A DNA stretch of 46,925 bases, taken from positions 1-46,925 of the IMG/VR virus record IMGVR_UViG_3300033067_001736; one strand, 5' to 3'. Positions 40,068-46,566 of the stretch are shown piece after piece (positions within the stretch are counted from its first letter, which is position 1; every line of letters begins with the position of its first letter). Source of the DNA: a virus (Duplodnaviria > Caudoviricetes). The position numbers were made by a program, and so were the translations under genes. The notes beneath the pieces were generated by a model. The model was not told where the DNA came from, ran no database searches, and saw only the letters and a program-made list of their open reading frames with translations.

Positions 40068-40422
40068 ATTTCTTTATATATCTTTCAATAAACCATTCTT
40101 TTGCATCAGGAGCTTCAGTAGTTAAACTATTGAATTTTGCTTCACAATCTTTTTGATATTCATTAAGTATGTAAAAAACCTCTTTTAAACTAAATACTTC
40201 TGTTTTTGATATTAGTTCTTCAGGAACAAATTTAATATTGTTATTTCTTACTTCAATCATTCCTACGGCATAATTATGCGCTCCCTTACAAATAATTTGT
40301 ATATCTTTTTTTAGATCCTCTATTGAATCTTTTTCTGTATAATGTTTAAGAGGTGATTTAGCTATCATAGCATTCAATGCTGAACTAGCATAAAAATCAT
40401 AAATTCTTTCTTCAGTTACCAT
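40066..40422 (-). CDS. Hypothetical protein
   Basis: 118 aa ORF. Confidence 0.65.
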   Translation of the reverse strand: MVTEERIYDFYASSALNAMIAKSPLKHYTEKDSIEDLKKDIQIICKGAHNYAVGMIEVRNNNIKFVPEELISKTEVFSLKEVFYILNEYQKDCEAKFNSLTTEAPDAKEWFIERYIKK

Positions 40423-40438
40423 TGTTTTTTATTTAATG

Positions 40439-40663
40439 TTATAAACTATCTACAAAAGACCATCTATCCATTGCTTCTTCTAATGTATTATGGTATGTAG
40501 TTTTTTTATTTTTTCTTTTTACTGTATAGTAATCATAATTACACGATTTAAAATCTTCATAGCAAGTACAATCTTTCATACATTGACATCCTTTAAATGT
40601 TGTTTTACCTGTATGATGATACATCACATTTTTTTCTGTTTCATGTATTATTTTCTTTGCCAT
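40439..40663 (-). CDS. Small Cys-rich hypothetical protein
   Basis: 74 aa ORF with CxC..CxC. Confidence 0.65.
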   Translation of the reverse strand: MAKKIIHETEKNVMYHHTGKTTFKGCQCMKDCTCYEDFKSCNYDYYTVKRKNKKTTYHNTLEEAMDRWSFVDSL

Positions 40664-40795
40664 GATTATTATTTAATGTTAGTTAATAAAAAAAGAAGAT
40701 TGCAATACAAAGATTGCAACCTTCAAAATGTATCACTTTTAGTACAGCTTATACGATGCTGATTTGGCACTAAAAGAGTGTTTACAAATGTAGTG

Positions 40796-40867
40796 TAATC
40801 CATAGAAGAGTCGAACTTCTGTTTCATGTTTAAAAAGACATGTGTCCTACCACTAGACGAATGGATC
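40796..40867 (-). tRNA. tRNA with 8-nt anticodon loop (CUUUUUAA); identity ambiguous (Lys-like anticodon, Glu-like D arm)
   Basis: GATCCAT/ATGGATT acceptor; GTCT-AGTGGTA-GGAC D arm; CATGT/ACATG stem; AGAAG-TTCGACT-CTTCT T arm. Confidence 0.8.
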
Positions 40868-41072
40868 AGTTTGGAGATAATTACTTTAAGGCTTTTCATT
40901 ATCTCCTGTATATTTCTTATTTTATTATTTTAACCCAAATAAAGCATTTACTATCGCTAGAAAGGGGAATAAGTTTTAAGATTAACTTTCATAACTCTCC
41001 GATCTTATTTAACTACTTATTTTAAGGTGTGTAGTATTCGTCAGATAATGTTTATAACACCTGCCTATTTTA

Positions 41073-41204
41073 TAAATGGGGTGTAAGAATCGAACTTACA
41101 CAAGTACCTATACTAATTTTTATAATTACTACTGCTGTGTTACAAGCAATTATTCATTATTATTAGTTTATGGAATCGAACCGCTCTTGTCCTTTCCCCA
41201 TTTA
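41073..41204 (-). ncRNA. tRNA-like element with two T-loop motifs and no D or anticodon arm
   Basis: TAAATGGGG/CCCCATTTA closing stem; TGTAAG-TTCGATT-CTTACA 3' T arm; second GGTTCGATTCC near the 5' end. Confidence 0.55.
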
Positions 41205-41212
41205 ATATATCT

Positions 41213-41533
41213 TTAATGGTCTCCCATATCAGGAAATACATGATCTTCTTCTAAGTCTTGAAAGTGTTTAAAAGGACTTTCAAAGTTATTAGGTTCTTGA
41301 AATGTTCTTCCTGATAATCCAAATGGTTCTTTTTTATTGTGAAGTGGATTATCAACAATAGTCACATCAATAGTGTTTGCTGTAAATAATCTTAATACTT
41401 CACCAGTAAGTTCATACTCACCATTTGCTCTTTTCTTATCAAGTATTTTAGCAAATAACTGTTCTTCTTTTTCAGGTGTCAAACCTAAAGATGATACGTG
41501 CATTGCTGCTTCTAATGCTGATTTGAATTTCAT
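41213..41533 (-). CDS. Hypothetical protein
   Basis: 106 aa ORF. Confidence 0.7.
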   Translation of the reverse strand: MKFKSALEAAMHVSSLGLTPEKEEQLFAKILDKKRANGEYELTGEVLRLFTANTIDVTIVDNPLHNKKEPFGLSGRTFQEPNNFESPFKHFQDLEEDHVFPDMGDH

Positions 41534-41552
41534 TTTAGGTTTAGTTAATTGA

Positions 41553-41798
41553 TTATTCTTCTTGATAGTCTGGTTCTACAAAATTAGATTCATCTCTGTA
41601 GTACTCACACATATTACATTGACAATCTTCTTTGAGATCATCATGTAATATTATTTCAAGTTGCTTTAATTGAAATTCAATTGCCTCATCATAGTTTTCG
41701 ATAGGCAATATTTGACCAAAATTAATTTGATCATCAGCACCTTGACGAATAAATGATTTAATAAGGTTTACAAGATTGTCTTTATCTACTGTTATCAT
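41553..41798 (-). CDS. Small acidic hypothetical protein with CxCxxC
   Basis: 81 aa ORF. Confidence 0.65.
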   Translation of the reverse strand: MITVDKDNLVNLIKSFIRQGADDQINFGQILPIENYDEAIEFQLKQLEIILHDDLKEDCQCNMCEYYRDESNFVEPDYQEE

Positions 41799-41831
41799 TG
41801 TTTTGAGTTTAAATGATGATTACTACAATTA

Positions 41832-42047
41832 TAATGCACCTCACTTGTAACAGTTTACATCGAACATTAGTGTTCTCCTCTAGTTACAAGTGTCTCATAT
41901 TTGGGAACTGATTCACTTCATGCTTGATAAACCAAAGCATTGGCTGAAAATCAGGTGGTTTCATATCTTAATAAAGAAGTCACTTTATAACGTATTATAA
42001 ATGTGTTTCCGTTCAGAATACTTATGCCACATGAGAATGGTGCATTA
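41832..42047 (-). ncRNA. Candidate multi-stem structured RNA
   Basis: TAATGCACC/GGTGCATTA closing stem; CACTTGTAAC/GTTACAAGTG; TCTCAT/ATGAGA. Confidence 0.6.
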
Positions 42048-42117
42048 AATTACCTATTGATATGCCAATAGGATTATAAGATTTTAATCATTGAGTGTAC
42101 AGAAAGATATGTTTTAA

Positions 42118-42332
42118 AAATATAATAGTGTGTTGTTACACCAAAAGGCTAGATAGTATCATCAGTATTTACGACCCTACTCTACCTAGATAATAGGTAA
42201 TTAACCTATCTAATTATTGTATTTATCTCCCGTAAGCTAAGTTCTGTCCTTTTATCAGACTACTTTCATACTAGGAGTACTCACCTACTCTTTAAATGGT
42301 GGCTACCTCCAAGCCTACATTCTATTATATTT
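42118..42332 (-). ncRNA. 23S rRNA GTPase-associated-centre (H43-H44, uL11 site) mimic with 145-nt insertion
   Basis: AGAATGTAGGCTTGGAGGTAGCCACCATTTAAAGAGT-[insert]-GTGTAACAACACACT aligns to E. coli 23S 1054-1105; 11-bp closing stem. Confidence 0.85.
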
Positions 42333-42343
42333 ATTTTTTTAAA

Positions 42344-42573
42344 AATCACTTGTCCAAATTCTAGTGGAACAACTCTTTCTTGTAGTTTTATCTCGTAGAT
42401 TAGTCAGCACTCAATGGTGACTTCATACAATAATCGCAGTTACCTTTACAATAAAACACAACTGCTAGTACAGTTTATACATTCCCAATTCGGTCAGGAT
42501 ATACCTGTTCAGCTAACCTTAGTCATAAGCCATTTTATTGGGATTGTACTGTTTTATCTTCAAGCAAGTGATT
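42344..42573 (-). ncRNA. Structured RNA scaffold, copy 2 of 2
   Basis: See 39840-40067. Confidence 0.75.
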
Positions 42574-42583
42574 TGTTTATTAG

Positions 42584-42675
42584 AAGATGGGTTGCAGATA
42601 CCTTGTTTTTATTTTTATCAAACTGCTAAGTCTAGCCTTATATGAAACCTTGTTTCAATGCTTCCTACCCATCTT
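42584..42675 (-). ncRNA. Candidate small structured RNA
   Basis: AAGATGGGT/ACCCATCTT closing stem. Confidence 0.4.
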
Positions 42676-42684
42676 TTTTCTATT

Positions 42685-42825
42685 AGTTAAGTCAATTGTA
42701 ATAGGTCTACTCTTTATGATGAGGTCATACTCACCCTTTTAATAAGTCACCTACTAGCCGGCAGTAATTCCCCCTTTGAAAAATTGTTATTAAAGAGCCG
42801 GGGGAAATATTACAATTGATTAACT
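42685..42825 (-). ncRNA. Candidate structured RNA
   Basis: TCAATTGTAATA/TATTACAATTGA 12-bp stem extended by AGTTAA/TTAACT; internal TTCCCCC and GGGGGAA. Confidence 0.55.
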
Positions 42826-42836
42826 TTTAACTGATT

Positions 42837-43187
42837 CTATAGTTCATTGTTTACATGTAAAGATGGCATAACAATTACTTCAGGAAGATCCAAAGATGTT
42901 TGAATACCTTGTAGGTTATTATACTTTGTAGTTACATTGTGCATTGCAATGTTTCTCAACGCATATAACAAAGCATCCTTATGTGCATTGAAATGTTGTT
43001 GATTTGTAGTTGTGTAAGTTGCAGTAATCTTTCTACCATCATCAAATATATCACAATTTAATACACTAAATTGTTTTTGATTAAATGGATTGCTATTAAC
43101 GGCTACCTTAAAGGTAAATACTTGTGTACCATTAATTTTAATGGTTTTGATTCCAAACATTGTTGTTTTAATTGGTACGTTGATCAT
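42837..43187 (-). CDS. Hypothetical early protein
   Basis: 116 aa ORF. Confidence 0.65.
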   Translation of the reverse strand: MINVPIKTTMFGIKTIKINGTQVFTFKVAVNSNPFNQKQFSVLNCDIFDDGRKITATYTTTNQQHFNAHKDALLYALRNIAMHNVTTKYNNLQGIQTSLDLPEVIVMPSLHVNNEL

Positions 43188-43251
43188 TTTGTGTAGTTTA
43201 GTTATGAGTTAATATGTAGGGGAATTCCAACCCTTTATTCTGTTGCCTCTT

Positions 43252-43488
43252 TTATTGAGGTCTTTCAAAGGTTTCTACTAATACACCAAGTTTACTAATA
43301 GGTTTGATTTTTGAAATTAAATCTATTGTTTTACCTGTAACATTGTAACAGTAGATTAATCTTTTACCTTTAAATGGAATTGGTCCTGATTTAATAGAAC
43401 CTGATTCCTTTATGGCTTGGATTATATCCTTTGTGAAAGTATCTAACTTTTTGTTAGAGTTACTTTCTATAGTAAATTTAACATTCAT
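43252..43488 (-). CDS. Ribosomal protein uS10/NusE-like protein lacking the ribosome-binding loop
   Basis: VKFTIES...KKLD....IIQAIKESGS..SGPIPF-KG-KRLI......KTIDLI aligns to uS10 IRIRLKAFDHRLIDQ..EIVETAKRTGAQVRGPIPL...RLVDI..PTEKTVDAL; ATG at 43488. Confidence 0.75.
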   Translation of the reverse strand: MNVKFTIESNSNKKLDTFTKDIIQAIKESGSIKSGPIPFKGKRLIYCYNVTGKTIDLISKIKPISKLGVLVETFERPQ

Positions 43489-43819
43489 CAAAGATTGAGA
43501 GCAGGTATTATAAAGATAAAAGAGTTGTATCCCTTTATTTCAAGTACTATATCATCTTTTACCATCCTGCTCTACTCTTCAAGGTTGCGATCCTTGTTAT
43601 GTCTGATAGCCATAAATTAAGGTAAAGGCTATATAAATAATGTTGTGGTTTTGAGAGGTTTTGTGAAAGTGGGAATATACCGTGTGGGTGGTCTTTACTA
43701 CTCTTTCACACTCATTTTTACACAAAAATAAAATTCAAAACCCTTGCTACTATTACGTTTCAGCAATTTACCTTACTTTGAGAACCTTGGGGAATCCCGA
43801 AGGGCTGAATATAGTAGTG

Positions 43820-43848
43820 CAAGATTTAATAGTTGCTAAAATACAGTA
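43820..43848 (-). promoter_or_regulatory. 29-bp repeated motif, putative phage early promoter (copy 1)
   Basis: TACTGTATTTTAGCAACTATTAAATCTTG on the - strand, four near-identical intergenic copies. Confidence 0.65.
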
Positions 43849-43897
43849 TGATTTGTGAATATAGTAGATCATAAGTGAATTGATAACCGATAAAAAA

Positions 43898-43924
43898 TGG
43901 GGAGCATAAGTGAATATACTCCCC
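43898..43924 (-). terminator. Intrinsic terminator
   Basis: GGGGAG...CTCCCC stem with a T run on the - strand downstream of 43939. Confidence 0.65.
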
Positions 43925-43938
43925 GAAATGGCTCAAGC

Positions 43939-44511
43939 CTAGAAGATTACCTCTTCTTGTAGTTGGTCAACTACCTCTCCTGTAGAGGTATTAACCGATG
44001 GGAAATTATAAACTGCATCCGCAGTTCTAATATCCATGTCTGCCATGCCATCAGCATGGAAGAACAATCTACGAAAGAAATGGTTTCCGTTGTCATCAAG
44101 CAACGTGATGCCATCTTTATTCGTACACAACTGTCTAAGAGCGATATGCTCTTCAGTTGTAAGACCTTGCTTGATTGCAGAGTTATCTTCTGCTGTCAAG
44201 ATGGGTTTTGAAGAAAGAACTCTGTAAATACAAGCTTTTGGCTTGTTTTTCAGTAGAGCATTTACTTGCTCTACTGTAAGGTCACTTGGCAATTTGAGCC
44301 ATGCCACTCTGTTTTCTTCAGAGGTGTAAGGGGTTTCATCCCCGAATTCATCATCAGAAAATAGAGAGACTGACATACTATTCCCTGCTTTCACAGAGGG
44401 ATAGTACTTTGTTGTTGTCACAAGCTGACGAATCTCAGCCTGTAGTTTTCCGAATTCATTCTTGGCTACATTAGCACAAGAAATGTTGCCAAAGTTACGT
44501 TCCTGACGCAT
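43939..44511 (-). CDS. Hypothetical early protein
   Basis: 190 aa ORF between a promoter-like motif and a terminator; higher GC than neighbours. Confidence 0.8.
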   Translation of the reverse strand: MRQERNFGNISCANVAKNEFGKLQAEIRQLVTTTKYYPSVKAGNSMSVSLFSDDEFGDETPYTSEENRVAWLKLPSDLTVEQVNALLKNKPKACIYRVLSSKPILTAEDNSAIKQGLTTEEHIALRQLCTNKDGITLLDDNGNHFFRRLFFHADGMADMDIRTADAVYNFPSVNTSTGEVVDQLQEEVIF

Positions 44512-44563
44512 ATATGAGTAAATTTATGGTGACAAGAGAATAAGTGCTGTTTAGATAGCAGCA

Positions 44564-44592
44564 CAAAATTTAATAGTTGCTAGAATACAGTA
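44564..44592 (-). promoter_or_regulatory. 29-bp motif copy 2
   Basis: TACTGTATTCTAGCAACTATTAAATTTTG. Confidence 0.65.
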
Positions 44593-44603
44593 GTATTAGC
44601 TGA

Positions 44604-44735
44604 TTAAGCTGCAACCGTAGTTGCAACTTTAATCATTCTTTGACCAACATATACATAGCCTTCTTCAGGCTCTTGGTCAAATTTTATAAGATAGCTGCCT
44701 GTCAAGGCAGCAAAGAAAACGTATGCCTTTTTCAT
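44604..44735 (-). CDS. 43 aa early peptide (not in ORF track)
   Basis: MKKAYVFFAALTGSYLIKFDQEPEEGYVYVGQRMIKVATTVAA*, between motif copies 3 and 2. Confidence 0.55.
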   Translation of the reverse strand: MKKAYVFFAALTGSYLIKFDQEPEEGYVYVGQRMIKVATTVAA

Positions 44736-44770
44736 GATGAAAGGTGTTTAGTTAAGTGAATAGTTTATAG

Positions 44771-44799
44771 CAAGATTTAATAGTTGCTAAAATACAATA
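44771..44799 (-). promoter_or_regulatory. 29-bp motif copy 3
   Basis: TATTGTATTTTAGCAACTATTAAATCTTG. Confidence 0.65.
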
Positions 44800-44960
44800 G
44801 ACCGAGTAATATTAAGGTTTCCGTTTAACCCTAAAGCATAAAGCTTTTAGTCACTATCCCCTTAATATTAAAACATACATTTATTCTGTTGCCATGAAAA
44901 TGTATAAAACACCGAGTCTGATAATAGGATTCTTTTAATCTCTATCAATACTCATTAATA

Positions 44961-45290
44961 CTAACATCCTAGACTGTAACAGCCAATGATGTTTCCCTTT
45001 TCATCCCTTACTACTTCAGCAGGAACTAATAAGTCAGTTCTATCAGGCAATGCTGATTTAACTAATTGGGAAACAACATAGAATGTACCAAGTTGGTATT
45101 TAGCTAATCCTTCTGGATTGCCAAATACTGTCTTAGTTATTTCTACATCATTAACTGTAAATCCTGCATTGACAGTAGATGCCTTTAGTCTTATAAGATT
45201 TCCTGACGCAGGAATATCAAATAAGACAGCATTACTGTCTCTATCAAGGATTTGGACAGAATGTGGTGTCATGTTAAATATGTTTGTCAT
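44961..45290 (-). CDS. Conserved-looking phage hypothetical protein (NxTPH motif)
   Basis: NMTPH...IPASG...YVVSQLV....RTDLLVP..VVRDEKGNIIGC. Confidence 0.75.
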   Translation of the reverse strand: MTNIFNMTPHSVQILDRDSNAVLFDIPASGNLIRLKASTVNAGFTVNDVEITKTVFGNPEGLAKYQLGTFYVVSQLVKSALPDRTDLLVPAEVVRDEKGNIIGCYSLGC

Positions 45291-45697
45291 TAGACTTCAT
45301 AATTTAAACATGAGAAAATTACAATCAACATCAGGCCATGATTGTATTGGCTAAAACAAAAGTTACCACCTGCTTTCTTTAGACGAAGGTGATTGGCTAA
45401 CTGCATGTATTTAATCCTAAGCATTTCCGAGTTATTTCATCGGTGTCCTTACAAGGGTACATACAGTTATCGTGGTTTATTTGCAACTTATCCACGCTTT
45501 AAAAACTAAATGTGGCAGTAGTATGCTCCACATGTTGAATAGGTTGAATCCTATTGTCTCCTTTTTTGATAGAAAAGGTTAAACTTCCATGAGTCCTTAT
45601 ATCATGGTTTGTACTAGATACTCAATAGTTTCCTTACTTACATGGTTCTATGACCACAGCTATTGATACCCCATTTATAGTGATAGGATATCTAGTA

Positions 45698-45726
45698 CAA
45701 AATTTAATAGTTGCCAAAATACAGTA
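45698..45726 (-). promoter_or_regulatory. 29-bp motif copy 4
   Basis: TACTGTATTTTGGCAACTATTAAATTTTG. Confidence 0.65.
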
Positions 45727-45743
45727 ATCAATGTAATTAAAAA

Positions 45744-45768
45744 GAGAAAGGGGTTGCCCCCTTATCTC
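45744..45768 (-). terminator. Intrinsic terminator
   Basis: GAGAAAGGGG-TTGC-CCCCTTATCTC imperfect stem with a T run on the - strand. Confidence 0.55.
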
Positions 45769-45771
45769 ATG

Positions 45772-45948
45772 CTAAACTACCACTTTACACCTGTAGTGAA
45801 TTATCACTACAGTTATAAGTAGACATTCTCCTATGAATGCAGATAGCATCCATAGTGTAGTTATAATAGGTGTGACATCCGCACACCATACTAATACAGT
45901 CATTACCACTAATGGTAGTAATGACATTAATAAGATTAAGTTCTTCAT
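45772..45948 (-). CDS. Small two-TM membrane protein (not in ORF track)
   Basis: MKNLILLMSLLPLVVMTVLVWCADVTPIITTLWMLSAFIGECLLITVVIIHYRCKVVV*, 58 aa. Confidence 0.5.
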   Translation of the reverse strand: MKNLILLMSLLPLVVMTVLVWCADVTPIITTLWMLSAFIGECLLITVVIIHYRCKVVV

Positions 45949-46444
45949 GTGTTTATAGTTGAGGGTTATTAGTGAATCAAACAGTTATAGTAGTGTATTA
46001 TATAAATACCTAGCACACATACAATCTTCCTCATTCATTGATGAAGTCAATCACAAACATGCTAGGTACACTAACACTACCTCTCAGGAATAAATATCTT
46101 CCGGCTGGAAAAATACTTATTCTTGAGAAAAAAAGTGGATTTTCCCTTTTGATTTTCTTGTTTTAAAAACAAGGGGGGGTACTTTCCTTTTTTTTTCTTT
46201 CATAGGGGTTAATATATAATGGGGCATACATTTACAAATCCTACACAAAATTTTATAATAAAAAATTCTCACACTTTCATGTTCTACACAAAATTTATAA
46301 CACCCACTAAAATTTTTACCACTAAAAAATTTTTTTCACTATTTTCCTAATACTGTAAAAAACTTTAAAACTCTTGTTAATATACTAATAAGGCAAAAAC
46401 CTTTATAATACAATTGATAATCAATAAGTTAATCTAAAAACTTG

Positions 46445-46496
46445 TACTGTATATGGTATTGAGTGTACTGTATATGTGTAACTCAATACTATATAG
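46445..46496 (+). repeat. Three iteron/operator-like repeats with 21-bp period
   Basis: TACTGTATA at 46445 and 46466, TACTATATA at 46487; GTATTGAGT/ACTCAATAC inverted repeat interleaved. Confidence 0.6.
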
Positions 46497-46518
46497 AGTA
46501 TTTTTATAACTTTAACAC

Positions 46519-46549
46519 TTGCTTTTTACCCTAATACTTTGTATCTTTG
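46519..46549 (+). promoter_or_regulatory. Bacteroidota primary-sigma promoter
   Basis: TTG 46519-21, 20-nt spacer, TATCTTTG 46542-49, upstream of ATG 46567. Confidence 0.7.
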
Positions 46550-46566
46550 TTCTACAATATAAAAAT

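Noticed and set aside
41073-41204. tmRNA
   Set aside because: Too short, no tag reading frame or pseudoknots, no G3.U70 alanine acceptor or CCA
42118-42332. Genuine rRNA gene or host contamination
   Set aside because: Only about 55 nt match 23S, split by a 145-nt insert and closed by a non-rRNA AT-rich stem within continuous phage sequence
39840-42573. MITE/IS ends, or hammerhead or SAM-I identity for the duplicated element
   Set aside because: No target-site duplication or transposase. CTTGAAGA is not followed by a hammerhead GAAA core in the right geometry, and SAM-I consensus elements are missing.
14428-45354. Short plus-strand ORFs inside the minus-strand block (e.g. 14428, 23094, 28270, 36298, 38430, 42414, 43963, 45118) and nested 24750-24932
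   Set aside because: They overlap well-supported genes or structured RNAs on the other strand or frame and have atypical composition
43820-45726. CRISPR array from the 29-bp repeats
   Set aside because: Spacing is irregular (about 180-900 nt) with genes in between; no cas operon
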